This document shows, one piece after another, positions 26,862 through 42,000 of a stretch of DNA of 64,000 nt. Under the pieces are notes generated by a model, which worked only from the letters and a program-made list of their open reading frames with translations, had not been told where the DNA came from and made no database searches. A program made the translations under genes and the position numbers. Where the stretch lies: the NCBI GenBank assembly GCA_964016885.1, contig OZ024741.1, positions 314,898,001 to 314,962,000 on the forward strand, written 5' to 3'. Origin of the DNA: Eledone cirrhosa (taxonomy: Eukaryota). Numbering within the stretch: position 1 is the first letter of the stretch; the number at the start of each line of letters is the position of its first letter.

Positions 26862-26996
26862 AATGCGCAGTAGGAGAGTATGGTTTATTTTGTCATGGGA
26901 TATGCCATTGTATGAACATCATTAATTGTGACAAGGTAGATGGATCTTGTTCAGATGGGTGTGCTGTAGGTTATCTTGGTGACAGCTGCCAACAAG
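26862..26996 (+). CDS. EGF-like repeat exon 5 (A/B mosaic-like)
   Basis: AG/GT bounded, 135 nt; (E)CAVGEYGLFCHGICHCMNIINCDKVDGSCSDGCAVGYLGDSCQQ. Confidence 0.92.
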
Positions 26997-27038
26997 GTAT
27001 TTCGTAAAGATGCTAAGTATCTACAATATATATATATT

Positions 27039-27070
<32 letters not shown>

Positions 27071-27921
27071 ATAAGAAAATGCGAAATAGTTTCGGATTTT
27101 AAAGTTCTTTAATGATAATGCTGTGATACATATTTCAATGACGACAGTGGCCACACGCTTCTGTGTGCCCAGTGCCGTCACATCATCAGACAGCTTTTTA
27201 CATAATAAGATTATGTTCCCAAGCCAATCCAAATTGAATCGTCAAGGGAACGGACAAAGCGGGTGTTCTTGAATCCTTGGCTCTGTCCCTTGTGAGTCCA
27301 AATTACCCCCCACTGGTTTCCGCAGGCGCAAGTCCAAAGGAAGTTGACCATCCACTATCCCAAAACTCTACGAACTCGCCTAGGCAGGTCTCCACACACC
27401 ACAACGAAACAACCTCCCTCATCCCGGGGTGTAATATGAGACGGTTATAGTTTACTTCTAGTGGCGCTGCCAGTGGCAGTTGACCGAAACCTAGTGGTGG
27501 TGGCAGAGCATGAGTTACAATAGGCCTCGATACTACCCCTAAATTATCCTTCTACAATATAATTGACCATCACCCGCTAAGAGAATATAAAATTAATTCT
27601 ATATATTATGCTTTCACAGTTGAAATTATTGATATAAAATTAAAAATTTAAAAAATACAAGCTAAAATCTTAACTTGCAGTAAATAAAAATAAATAAAAA
27701 ATATATATATACATATATATATAATTGTTTCTAGTTTTTGGCATAATGTCAGCAAATAACCAGTGCATTACTGGTACTTTATTTTATCGACCTCGTATGG
27801 ATGAAAGGCAAAGTTAACCTCGACGGCATTTGAACTCAGAGTGTCAAGAGCCGTAACTCTATGCGTCAATAAATGGCGTACGACCCTCTATCGAAACTAC
27901 CAATCCACCGCCATCCATACC

Positions 27922-28071
<150 letters not shown>

Positions 28072-28439
28072 AGATTCTACAGGACTAGAACTGTTTCATT
28101 CATTAGAAATCATCAGGAATCTGGGTATCAAAAAATAAATATGGTATTTATAGGTCTCTACAAGTGGTAGGAGAGGGTGGGGAGTGGGATGGGTGCAGGT
28201 CATTGGTTGATAGAAAAGGGAATTCATTAAAAGCTAATTCTACAAAGCTATAGTTAATTTTTATTTTTATTTATATAAATAAATATAAATAAAAAAAAAA
28301 AAAATTAACTATAGCTTTGTAGAATTAGCTTTTAATGAATTCCCTTTTCTATCAACCAATGACCTGCACCCATACCACTCCCCACCCTTTCCTACCACTT
28401 GTAGAGACCTATAAATACCATATTTATTTTTTGATACCC

Positions 28440-28490
28440 AGATTCCTGATGATTTCTAATGAATGAAACAGTTCTAGTCCTGTAGAATCT
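28440..28490 (+). ncRNA. Type I hammerhead (TTCTAG-loop family; mirror copy 28071-28122 on minus)
   Basis: Same core and stems as 17988-18040. Confidence 0.8.
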
Positions 28491-28572
28491 CATCTATATT
28501 AAAACTGTTATACTCTGCTATGTATTGAGTACCTTACTTACTGTGGTTACCTCCGATTCAACCCGGAATAAC

Positions 28573-28661
<89 letters not shown>

Positions 28662-29002
28662 GAGAGAGAGAGAGAGAGAGAGGAGGTGAGTTTTATTGTA
28701 GTACAGTAAAGCAATGCAGATATCGGATAAGAAGCACTCTACAGTTTGTAGGACTGGAGTATAAATAATATATAAGATCAAAAAATGGTTAAAAGAGTTC
28801 CATGTATTCTATTATGCGCATTTCAAAAACAAACATCATCATGCAATAACATTTGCGTTTTCGTCAGATAAAATAGGGAGACATGATATGAAGGTTAAAA
28901 TACACTTGTGAATAGTGCAGTTTTAAATCTATATATATATGATATGTTAATTTAAAACTGCACTATTCACAAGTGTATTTTAACCTTCATATCATGTCTC
29001 CC

Positions 29003-29073
29003 TATTTTATCTGACGAAAACGCAAATGTTATTGCATAATCATATTTGTTTTTGAAATGCGCATAATAAAATA
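29003..29073 (+). ncRNA. Minimal hammerhead (TGCGCA family; mirror copy 28805-28875 on minus)
   Basis: tattttat-CTGACGA-stem II-GAAA-tgcgca-TA-ataaaata. Confidence 0.8.
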
Positions 29074-29082
29074 CATGGAACT

Positions 29083-29235
<153 letters not shown>

Positions 29236-29911
29236 ATAACTAATAACTAGTGAATAGGGAGATGTTTAATTATAGTGAGAAGTTTTGAAAGGACGATCAA
29301 TATTACAGTTTATTGAACGATAGTACCGTACAGTAGAACGGAATGTAAATTATAGTATGAAAAGTAGTAATTAGGCAAATAATTATTTAATATCTTCTTC
29401 TATCACATGAATCAAAACAAAACCAAAAGTACATAGATGCAAAATGAGAGAGGAGACATGAGAAAAAATATACGAGGAAGATAAACTGAGACCGGTTGCA
29501 TCTCAGCGTACTCAATAGATAATGTAAAATACACTCCCAGAGTATAAACAGAGTTATTCACTTCAAGTGGGACAACTCCAGTCTAACCCATGCTAGCGTG
29601 GAAAATGGACGTTAAACGAAGATGATGATGATGATGATGAATACAACACACGTAAACGGATACCTGTAGTAGATACCAAACACGAGTTTCTGCCAAACTT
29701 AATGCAGCAGTAAGGTGCACTGCACACTCTGTCCGCATATATTATGCAACAATGCATAATCGGGGCATATGTCTTCATCACCAGTTTTCGCCTAATCAAT
29801 AATCAATCGATTGACAGAATTCGACTCTAGTTTGTGCTGGCTATGACTGTTTGGGACGGCCAAGACAGTAAAGTGATTAGCAACTGGGATCTGATACAAT
29901 GCTGTCCCCCG

Positions 29912-30003
<92 letters not shown>

Positions 30004-30524
30004 TTGCGTTTGTAATCTTTCCGTTCCTACACAAGATTCATGGTCATAGGTAAAGGCTGGTACAAAAAAATCAAATTGAAGATAGCGAGTTTGGCTTTTT
30101 CACCTACCTCCCTTCTTCTTATCATTGGATGCTGAAGTTGGCGCAATGTATATATATATATAGAGAGAGAAGTAATACCCTCGACAGCGTGGAAAATTTA
30201 AATCGCCCAATGGGGTATAAGTGGGGAGCAGGTATTCCTTTAAATCTTCATCAACACTCCTTCACCGAGTTTGACAATCGCTAACCGACGAATGCGACAG
30301 CATTCTCTAGGAAAGTTAATCAGGAATCTATCCAATTCTCCACATCAAAGTTAACAAAGAACTTATTAGATCACAAAACCAAATTTTAAAATTACGATAT
30401 TATGAATAAAAGAGGATTCTTTAGAACTATAGGTGAAGTCATTATTTCCCTTTATTTTCTAATATAGTCAACTGTACCAAGGACTTCGCACATTTTCCAA
30501 TATATATATATATATATAGGGCGG

Positions 30525-31320
30525 TTAAAATTCCCAATATCCATGGACGAGTTCTCTCCGGCGGTCTCTGTCCCTCATTACCGCTACCATGTCCTGCGCC
30601 TCCAAGAGAACAGTGTCTGTCCTTAGGTCATTAACGTATATCAACCTTGGTCTTCCTCCTCCAATGTGTTCATGCAGGGGCTCCCAGAGGTGTACGGTGT
30701 GCAGTGTCAACTCTGGATGTCGGTGAGCATGTCCAGATAATCCCAGTCTCCTCTGTGCTACTCTCGAGCTGACTTTTGGGAGTCTCCCGTACAGCTCTGA
30801 GTTCTTCATCCTAAGTGTATACTGATTAATATTCAGAGCCATCCTCGGCATTCTCGTGTAGCACCCATCCACCATCTGAGTGAGTTTGTTGATCAGTGTC
30901 CAAGTCTCAGACCGATACAGCACCACATACCCCTTTACTGCAACGAATAGACGGATCTTCATGTCTTTACGAAGGTCCGACTACCACACCAAACTCAAAC
31001 TGTGGCACACCGCCCAGGCTTTGCTCTTCCTCTCGATCACATCATCTTCTGTATTCCCAGTCTTTGCTCCCAGATACAGGAAGTACTCAACCAATTCTAG
31101 CGGCTTCTCGCTTACATTAGTAATCTTCTCCGGCTTCTTAATATTCTCTACCATATACTTCCTCTTAAACTCATTTATTCTAAGCCCCACACTCATCGAC
31201 ACAGTCTCCATCTCCTGCATCAAATCCTCTGCCTCCTTCACTGTTTTTGTCACCAGAACTATGTCGTCGACAAATTCAGCATCCGATATCTTTTTTGCCT
31301 TAATCCTGCTCCTCTGAGCC
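30525..31320 (-). mobile_element. 5'-truncated non-LTR retrotransposon (RTE-like LINE), RT C-terminus
   Basis: EFVDDIVL, GLRIN..KYM, FLYLG, KIRLF..VLYRSETWTL, RRL..GH..R motifs; ends at a (TA)n tract. Confidence 0.85.
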
Positions 31321-31747
31321 AATGTTACAGTAAAAAGCAAGCTAATCCGTAGGAGACAGATGTGAGTAGTTATGCAGATTTCTAACCAGTATAGAGAAGG
31401 ATAATGTGCTCAATGCATAAACGTGTTTAGGCTAGCGAACCATGTTATTAAATGTAAATAGAGATAGCTTAACAATTGTATAATAAGCAGACTAAAATAC
31501 CGTTTTTAAAATGCTGGTGAGAATAACAAAGATTTATGAATACATGTATATATTTGATGGCTGACTATCATGGCAGAGAAAAAAACTTTATAACAGCCAT
31601 TTTATGTGGCTGCTATAAGGTCTTTTCACTTCCAATCTTTTAATATCAATATTCCACGTTTAAAGAAGATTTTTCACTTCGGTGATATAATTTAATTATT
31701 TAATTTATGAATTAATATGTTATGAAGATTTTCTTTTTTTTTTGTAG

Positions 31748-31779
31748 GCTCTGAAGATAATACTGACTCACTTATTTAG
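31748..31779 (+). CDS. Possible alternative terminal exon (secreted isoform)
   Basis: Long poly-T tract plus GTAG acceptor; phase-1 reading (G)SEDNTDSLI*; ATTAAA at about 31839; no independent support. Confidence 0.25.
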
Positions 31780-31896
31780 TAATTTTTGATGGACTAATAT
31801 TGATCTATATTCGATATCCCAGCATGTATGTCCAAACCATTAAATATATACATATATTTATAAATCTTTGTTATTCTCTCCAGCATTTTCAATACG

Positions 31897-32643
<747 letters not shown>

Positions 32644-32669
32644 ATTAACGCAACAGTTAGTTCACCATA

Positions 32670-32710
32670 CCCAGAACAATTGTTTCACCTTATGCGGTTC
32701 TTCAGCTCGG
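32670..32710 (-). ncRNA. Minimal hammerhead motif (CAATTG)
   Basis: Minus strand: ccgag-CTGAAGA-acc gcataa ggt-GAAA-caattg-TT-ctggg; stem I imperfect. Confidence 0.62.
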
Positions 32711-33282
32711 ACTGGTCACGCATAGGTGAAACAATTGTTCTTGGTATGATGAACTAACTGTTGTGTTACTACTTCCACCAACTCGTCCCATGGACTGAGT
32801 GCTCTACCGCTACTTCAGGTTGTCTACCTCTCTCTCTCCCCCTCCCTCTCTCTCTCTCTATCGGAGGTAAAATGATGATGATGATATGATGAATGTCGTA
32901 TAATTGATAGCAGATCAGATATTTTATGTTTACTATAGATTTCGACTTCTAGTCCTATGTTCTTGAAAACTTAAGATATATTCTTCTTCATCCTTTCTAA
33001 TCGGTCTTTTTATGGTTGAGTGGGATACATAGGGCATCATCGTGATATAATCCTCTGCTGAGACCCAGAAAACACTTCTTCATATATCTCACGTGATCGG
33101 TCACCTGCTTTGAGTCACTGGGTCCCATTGTGATATAAAAACTATACGAACAATCTTTTCCCGTCCATTATTAAATCTAATTAGTGTCTTCATTGGCGAA
33201 ACTTGTTTGCTCCCAAATTAATTCCGTATGCCTAAATGCGATGATAAGTGACTTATTTAGTACTACCGGGCATATTGAAGAA

Positions 33283-33815
33283 ATAATTGTTCCTTCATTT
33301 GGCACAAGGCCAGCAATTAACTAGTACATTACTGGTACTTTATTTTATCGACCCCGTATGGATGAAAGGCAAAGTTAACCTCGGCGGGATTTGAACTCAG
33401 AATGGAAAGGGCCGTAACTCTATGTGTCAAAGCATGGTGTCTGACCCTCTACTGATACTGCCAATCCACCGCCCATATTGAAGGAGTAATTGTCTCTACT
33501 TTTGGCATAAGCCAAGCAATTACCCCAGTGTATTACTGGTACTTTATTTTATCGACCCCGTAAGGATGAAAGGCAGAGTTAATCTCGACGGAATTTGAAC
33601 TCAGACCGGAAAGGGCCGTAACTCTACACTGCATAGCATGACGTCCGACACTCTGCAGATACTGCCAATCCCCCAAGAAATAATTGTTTCTACTTTAGGC
33701 ACAAGGCCAGCAATTACACAGTGCATTACAGGTACTTTATTTTATCGACCCCGTAAGGATGAAAGGCAAAGTCAACCTCGGCGAGATTTGAACTCAGATC
33801 GTAAAGGGACGTAAT
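33283..33815 (-). mobile_element. Three tandem copies of the same SINE
   Basis: Three head-to-tail copies of TTTTATCGACCCCGTAAGGATGAAAGGC..GATTTGAACTCAGA. Confidence 0.88.
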
Positions 33816-34019
33816 CCCCCAAGAAATAATGATTACAAATTTCTAATTCGGTGAATTTGGTACTACTTTTACAATGCAATTTGTTAAAACAGTCAGTCAC
33901 GCTGGTTGTTTTCGACCAGTGTTGAAGTCGTATCTTCTATTCAATGTGCATATTATACTATGTAAAATGTTTTTACTTATTACTTCAATGATCAAAGTAA
34001 ATTGCACAATATATCTGAC

Positions 34020-34520
34020 TGTGACGTCAGTGTTGTAATTCGGTTTATGATCCTTCTGTGTTATCCGCGTTTCTGTCGGATGATAGTGTTCAATTCGATT
34101 TCCACATTGCGTCTGGTTACTATCTAATTCATCTCTTCAATTGACCTATCCAGATTTCACTTTAAAGTCTCTTTTTTTATTCTTATTTAATTCCCTATTT
34201 ATGATTTCGGTGGTTCTACTTTATCCATGCTGTATAGGTTATTGGTTTCATCAGCGTTGACAATGTTGTATCCGATTGTTTCAGTTTATTTATCTTTTCC
34301 GAATGTTTACAATGGTGATTTTGTTCTCTGCAGATATATCTAGTGAATGTTTGTTAGAAATGATGATTAAAATTTCCCTCAAATGTGTATTTTGTGGCGT
34401 GATATTGCTAGACTTAAATTGAAACGTCAATACATGCGAATATAAAAGAACATCAAGGAACGGAAATTTTAACTTACATGAGATAACTGGAATTTGGTAG
34501 CGTACAGTCTGTAGTTTAAA
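34020..34520 (-). mobile_element. Possible highly decayed PLE RT remnant
   Basis: Only an FPFLDVLL motif is recognisable. Confidence 0.3.
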
Positions 34521-34578
34521 TTCAAATACACAAACACACACACATATAATCACATACCCCCCACTTAACCCCGCAAAG

Positions 34579-34713
<135 letters not shown>

Positions 34714-34817
34714 CATATATATATATAAGGACGAAGGTGTGGTAGAATACCAAGTCGAGTTCGGTTCTAGCTGACGAAAGGGCCGGAGCTCAGCCATTGG
34801 GCCCCTGTCTCTTTTCC

Positions 34818-34872
<55 letters not shown>

Positions 34873-35038
34873 GCTTAAAATTGGAATGAGAATAAGAAGA
34901 AAGCAGGAACGGGGTGGGGGTGAAGATTTCCCAATCGAAATTGAACATGTTCAGATCGATGTTCTGCCGGTTATATTGGTGACAATTGCCAACGTACATC
35001 ATAAAATTGTTACGTAATTACTATAATTACACGCACAT

Positions 35039-35095
<57 letters not shown>

Positions 35096-35230
35096 AGTGT
35101 GTGTGTGTTTGTGTGTTTGTGTGTGGGTGTATGGAGCTGCGGGTGTGTGCGTGCATGTGTTTGTTTGTGTGTGTGTGTGTGTGTGTGTAATAAGGTGATG
35201 TTTAATATAGAAATCTCATATATATTTCAG

Positions 35231-35365
35231 AATGCCAAATAGGAGAGTTTGGTGTTGCTTGTAAAGGGAAATGCCGTTGTATCAACGACAGAAACTGTGA
35301 CTATCGAGATGGAAGATGTTCAGATGGGTGTGCTTTAGGTTATACTGGTGACAGCTGCCAACAAG
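35231..35365 (+). CDS. EGF-like repeat exon 6
   Basis: TATATTTCAG acceptor, G|GTATAT donor, 135 nt; (E)[44 protein letters not shown]. Confidence 0.92.
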
Positions 35366-35460
35366 GTATATCATAAACTTGTAACGTATTTACTTCACAC
35401 ACACACACACACACACACTCACAGAAATATATATGTGTGTTTGCGTGTGTGTGCGTCTTT

Positions 35461-35540
<80 letters not shown>

Positions 35541-35592
35541 CGTATGTGTGTGCGTATGTATGTGTGTGTAAATATGATGTTTAATATAGAAA

Positions 35593-35643
35593 TCGCTTCT
35601 ACAGGCTAGAATAGTTTCATCCAAAGAAATCATCAGGAAACGA
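35593..35643 (-). ncRNA. Hammerhead motif related to the TTCTAG-loop family
   Basis: Minus strand: tcgtttc-CTGATGA-tttctttggat-GAAA-ctattctagcctg-TA-gaagcga. Confidence 0.62.
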
Positions 35644-35979
35644 CTTATGATTAATTTTGAATGAAATAGTTCTAATAGTTCTAAATGTATGTATATATAT
35701 TCTAAAGAGATTATGCAATAGTGATTCCCTAAACACGACATATGAATTCTTCACGCGTTGTTCACACGTCTCGAAACACCTCTTGCATAACTACAAAGCT
35801 CCGGATTGAATTACAACAACGTCATAATTTTCTTATCAACTAGAAACTTTTCGAACTTTCGCAGTTATCTCCCTTACACCTCTCGCACGCATTTTGGTAT
35901 TGCCTGTGTGAAGTGATCGGTTTCTGCGCATGCGCGTTCGTACGGTTGTCCTTCATGTTCCGTATAACCATGTCCATTA

Positions 35980-36017
35980 CGAGCTGAGGATCCGCTAAGG
36001 TGAAACAATTGTTCTCG
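35980..36017 (+). ncRNA. Minimal hammerhead motif (CAATTG)
   Basis: cgag-CTGAGGA-tccgctaaggt-GAAA-caattg-TT-ctcg. Confidence 0.68.
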
Positions 36018-36098
36018 GTATGGTGAACTAACTCGTCTCATGGACTGAGTGCTCTACCACTACGGATATTACCTTCCAGTGTTCTACCACTATATTGG

Positions 36099-36967
36099 GA
36101 AAACGGTTTTCATTCTTTCTAACACCGGATTCACTAGCGAAAGGTCTGTTTTCTGACTCGCTCATATATTCACACAGCTTATGCTGAAAGAATAACTATG
36201 TTGCTTGTGTTTATTTCCATCTTCGGTTAGCTTCCTCCTGTGTTGTTTACTTGTCTCACTCGCTTTACGCGTTTCTATTGTCCTAATAACTTATTTTAGT
36301 TATTATCGCTCCAACGTGAGGTATATGATTTTTAATGCGATGAAATACCCATGATCGTTTGGTAAATCACTGATGAGGGACTCATTTTATAACATGTTAT
36401 CCATGTGCAACCAGCAGTATTCTTCTCACCCATATATTCATATATTTACCCAAACTGCAATTCTCTGTTTCTCTCTTTCTCTCTTACTGCTCCCTCGTTC
36501 TCTCTGTTTCTCTTACTTTCTTTCGTCCCCTCTGCCATGTCAGTTAACTCTTTCTCTCTAATGACCTCTTCCTCGCACTCCCACTCACTCAGTCCCTGTT
36601 TTTCCCCTCTTTCTTCCTCCCGTTCGCTGGGAAAACGGTTTTCATTCTTTCTAACACCGGATTCACTAGCGAAAGGTCTGTTTTCTGACTCGCTCATATA
36701 TTCACACAGCTTATGCTGAAAGAATAACTATGTTGCTTGTGTTTATTTCCATCTTCGGTTAGCTTCCTCCTGTGTTGTTTACTTGTCTCACTCGCTTTAC
36801 GCGTTTCTATTGTCCTAATAACTTATTTTAGTTATTATCTCTCCAACGTGAGGTATATGATTTTTAATGCGATGAAATACCCATGATCGTTTGGTAAATC
36901 ACTGATGAGGGACTCATTTTATAACATGTTATCCATGTGCAACCATCAGTATTCTTCTCACCCATAT

Positions 36968-36975
<8 letters not shown>
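36099..36975 (+). repeat. Direct tandem duplication, period about 530 bp
   Basis: 36099-36440 nearly identical to 36629-36975 (pseudo-LTR-like arrangement). Confidence 0.85.
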
Positions 36976-37061
<86 letters not shown>

Positions 37062-37067
37062 ATATAC

Positions 37068-37340
37068 GCATGGCTTAGTTGTTCGAGCAGTAGGCTTGCA
37101 ATCGAAAGGTTGTGAGTTCAATTCTCAGACCGGGTGATGTGTTGTTTCCTTGAGCAAGACACTTTATTTCACGTTGCTCCAGTTTACTCAGCTGAAAATG
37201 AGTATCAGCAATAGCTGGAGGTTTAACCCTGCGATGAACTGGCATCCTGTCCAGGTGGATGCCTTTTACTCTCAGTCGTTTCACGCCATGAAACCGCGAT
37301 AAGCCCCGGCCAAATGCGCCTTCTGGCTTAAGACAGACTT
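37068..37340 (+). mobile_element. Second tRNA-derived SINE family (partial minus-strand copy at about 5780-5910)
   Basis: TGGCTTAGTTG A box, GAGTTCAATTC B box, GTTTCCTTGAGCAAGACACTTT core. Confidence 0.75.
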
Positions 37341-37832
37341 TAGACTGGCGGCCTGACCGCCCAGCCAGTGGGATGGCGTCATCGTATGGCTATAACAGCA
37401 CGTGCTGTGACCAGCGGCGCCGAATGGCGCCCAACAGACTGGTCGGTCAACGTGATCAACGTGATATATATAAGGGAGCACTGTCTTGATAACCACCAGA
37501 GTGATAAACGAAAATCGTTCAGATTTACCCGCCCTTACCTCTGTTGGAATCCGCTAGAAGTCTCTTCCTAATCAGTGTCCATTCATACCTGAAGACTTTC
37601 AATTGTTTATTAATATTATACACCAGACCACCGGTCACCCATTGAGTCACGTTCACTTTCAACATGTTTGTTTTTTTTTAAATCATGTTCCTTTAAAAAT
37701 AATTTATAAATGATTAGAATATACACAGACATGTATATAATGTGAAATGAAATTGGAAGGCCCATATATATACGTGTGTGTGTATGTATATATAAAAAAT
37801 ATGTGTGTGTGTATACATATATATATGTGTGC

Positions 37833-37868
<36 letters not shown>

Positions 37869-39086
37869 ATGTCTGTGATCTATATGAACTTGTCAGACAC
37901 ACGCATATATATACACACACATATACACACGCATATACACACACATATATATATATACACAAACTCACATATATATACAACAACACCACCAGCTCCATTA
38001 TCCTTTTTTGTCTCCTCTCCCTCTCTCTATGTCTCTCTTTCAATCTACTCTGTCACAACCACTATCTCTTTCTCTATCTCTCTCTCTTTTTTTTGTGAAG
38101 GTACCCGGAAAACCCCATATCTCGGGACACCGTTGTCCGATTTACGCGAAACTTGTTTTATTCCATTTGTATTTCCATTCCAGGGGCAACTTCCATTCAT
38201 AGTATTTTCCAATTATTGGCTCCTTTTGGCTGCATTACATTACAGACAAGCAAGCAAGCAATCACAGACTTTTAGTAATATATTAGACCACCCGTGACCC
38301 GTATTGTCATGTTCACTTAAAAATAAGTTTTAAATAATTAAAATATAGACAAAATGTATGTAATGTAAAATTACATGGAAAGCCAATAAATATATACGTG
38401 TATGTGTGTGTGTATATGTACGTGTATATGTAAATATATATGTATTTGTGTGTGTGGGTGTCTGTGGCCTATATACACTGGTCACAGACACACACACACA
38501 TACATCCTGTCCTAACACAAGTTATAAGATACATATAACTTAATATTCAGTCACCAAATTCAAGCTAGATTCAGTAATGCTGTATTCTATTCTTTGAAGT
38601 CACCTGTCATAATTTCATTCAACAACACCACCAGCTCTCTCCCTCTCTAATAACCACTACCTGCGTTTGTATTCGCATTTCAATAGGACCTTACTTTCAC
38701 AGTATTTTCCCATTATGCGCTGATTTGCCTATTTATAAAGGTATCCGAAACAAACCCGCGTATCTCCGGAACCCGGGGTCCGATTTACGCGAAAATTGTC
38801 TTTTGATTGTATTAATCACATTTTCACAAAGAAAATATCAAATCATTTTTCAGTAATAGCTATCCAATCACTCCACTTCAAAATTATTTTTTCTATATCT
38901 CTATGGATGCTTGACTGTTTGTTCTGAAAGATGTTTCTGCTTAAAAAGTTGCAATGTTAATGAAAAGTTGGTTTTATTTACAAAAATTTGAAAGAAATTA
39001 TTCTTTATTGTCTTAGTTTTTCCTTTTCCTTTCATTTTCTGACGTCGGAATCAACATTTTCTCATATTTACACTGTTACAGTTTTT

Positions 39087-42000
39087 TCAAAAGAATGTTT
39101 TGATGACAACATTCTTAGTTGACTGGGTATCCTTCAGAAACTCTCTGACATTTTCTTTTCGTTTTCTGCGGCTAAGGGCTACATACAGTTGACCGTGTTG
39201 GAATACAGGTCGTTCCAGATAAACCTAGACGTTTTCCATAGTTTTTCATTGTGCTTTATGAATAGTCATAGCGAAGCACGATTGAACTGGGAATTGGCTT
39301 CGCTGCAAAGGGCTATTCTCACCTTCGGATAGATTAATTCTTATTTCAGGTATCATAACGATCTTATTTCTGAAAGCAGCGGTGTTGCTTCTTACTACTA
39401 TGAGATTGTCGTGCAGTTCTTCCACGATCATGCGTGTTCCATTACAAAGCCTTGGAGGATTCAAGTTTCTCATAAGAATTATTGGTGATCCTTTTTTCAA
39501 TTCCAGGTTATGTGGTGGCAGTCCTGATAGTTTAACCGAATCAAGGAATTCAGTCGGGAAATGAGGGGCATTGGCACCATCACTCGCAGAATTATAGGAT
39601 CGGTACTCTTTTATGGTTCCAGGGAAGCGTCTGATACAGTTGGAATTTATGCTTCTCATCATTTCATTGAGAGGTACTAAGATGCAATTGATCGAAAACA
39701 CTTCAGCTGGATTGTCGAATGAGGGGTAGATCAAATCAATACATTTTGTCATAGTTGTTACTTGGAGAACCATTTCTTTTGGCAAAATAATTTCCTCATT
39801 TTCAGTTTTTCTATCTTATCTTCTCCAATATCCAATAGGAAATGTAAATAGTCTCCTGCTCCCCCACCCAATCGCATGTTTGTCTTCAACTGAAATCTTT
39901 TGAAGCTTCGCCATAAGTAGGATTTTTTAATGCAGGTGTTTTCCACGTCCACTTCATTTCCCCTTTTCACTACCGGAAAAAGCTGACGGAAATCGCCGCA
40001 GCAGATTGTCAAAATTTCACTGAATGTCTCATTGTTGTGAGGTCAACAGCTTCGAAGCTTTCCCTCCGAATTATAGGACACTCATCCCAAACAATCAGCC
40101 GTATTTTGAACCTAGAATGCGCTGTTCTTCCACCAGGCATCAGTGTTGCGGCAATGCTAGATGACGCAACAGCAATAGCCACGTCAGCGTTTCCCCTGAC
40201 TTTTGAAAGAATTAAGTTTATCAGGAATGTCTTTCCTGTTCCACCTGGAGCGTCAATGAAAATCAATGCAGATGTGTTCGTCTCTAAACTGTTACAAACG
40301 AAGTTGTACACGTGTTTTTGTTCACTATTCAATAGAGGCTCCATCACTTCTACAAATCGTCGCTGCTCTTCTCTCCTGTATTGTAATTCATGCAATAACT
40401 CCAAATTTCCAATATCCTGATTAGCAACAATATTATTTGGCCTTGGCAAGTTAAAGTCACTAAGACTTTTGCCCAGGTCGTTAAGTTTGTCTTCAAAATA
40501 CAGAAGACATTGATCATAATGTCTCTCGCTAATCAAAAGGTTAGAGTTCCTGGTAGCCCTTTTTTCTATTTCATGGTAATCCTCAGACAGCGAATGCTTA
40601 AATTGAGCCCATAAAGCACTGGAATTGTCAATTTCCGTATTTGTGAGGAGCACGATGAATAGATCTCTCATGGCTTTGGGAAGCCTTGTTCGCTCAGCAT
40701 CTTCCAGAGTCTGCTGCCAATGATCATCCGATTGAAGCAAACCTTTCTCTCTGCAGGCGTCTTTGAATAATGGCAGGAGTTCTCCATAACACATTTTCAA
40801 TGAGTTGAAGGACACTGGCCCTTTGACGTGATGCAGAAGGAGGATTAAATAATACAGGTCACCACTTCGTGGAGAAACAGTGTATACTCGTCCCAAAACG
40901 TTCACCTCAAAAATCCCTGGATACTGCTCAACTGTTTTCCTCACCTTTCTCCTTTCCCATCTCTTATTACTCCAAGTGGCACATCGGCATAATACAATTG
41001 TTTCTACTTTTGGCACAAGGTCAGCAATTATCCAGTACATTACTGGTACTTTATTTTATCGACCCCATAAGGATGAAAGGCAAAGTTAACCTCGGCGGGA
41101 TTTGAACTCAGAATGGCAAGGGCCGTAACTCTATGCGTCAAAGCATGGCGTCCAACCCTCTACCGATACTGCCAATTCACGGCATAATACAATGTTTTTT
41201 CAAATGGATCGCGATCGCAAAGATCCATGAACTCAGTCAGAGTCGTCTTAACCATGTTATTGTTTACTTTAACAGCAGCATTGACCCGAAAGAAGATTTG
41301 ATTTTCCTCAGGTAGATTGAAGACTTGAAGGTGAACTACGGCCGGTTCTCTCTCAATAATTGGAAATCCAAGTACCAAGGCAACAGCTTCTGAAGGACCG
41401 ATATATCTTCCTGTTAAATACTGTACTGTCTCATCTTCCCTGTTCACTCCAAACATTGCCTGATCACTGCCCTTCATGGTATATTTGATAACGTATGTGA
41501 TCGATTTCACGGAAGAGCACATCTCTACGTTTAGGTGGCAGTTGAACAATTTTAATAGTTTCATATTGTAGGGAACCACAATCGAAGTTATATTTCGGCT
41601 TCCCCTTCCTTCTTGGTCCCTCTCAAATCCTCCCATTCCTGGAGACCGTCTTCTGTACACAGGATAAGAGTCCTCTCCACACAATGTATATTCATTGAAA
41701 ACCTTAGGGTACCGCTTACTGCACGTTCCATCTTTCCAACACGGCAAATTGTTAGAGCAATTCGGCCCGTGAATCATGTGCTTCAGCACCAAATCATGAC
41801 CCTCTGGATCTTTGTTTGGATCTGGTATTTCGGCTTGAACAAATGTATCGTATTCCTGCGGTCTGGGCTTGGCGGCTTCATTGAGCCATAGCAAACGGTG
41901 CACATGAGGAAGACCTCGCTTTTGATATTCGACTGTCAGCACGTAAGCAATGCACTTGCCAGAGATACTTTCTTAACAGTTTCCGCTTCAGGTCAAATAC

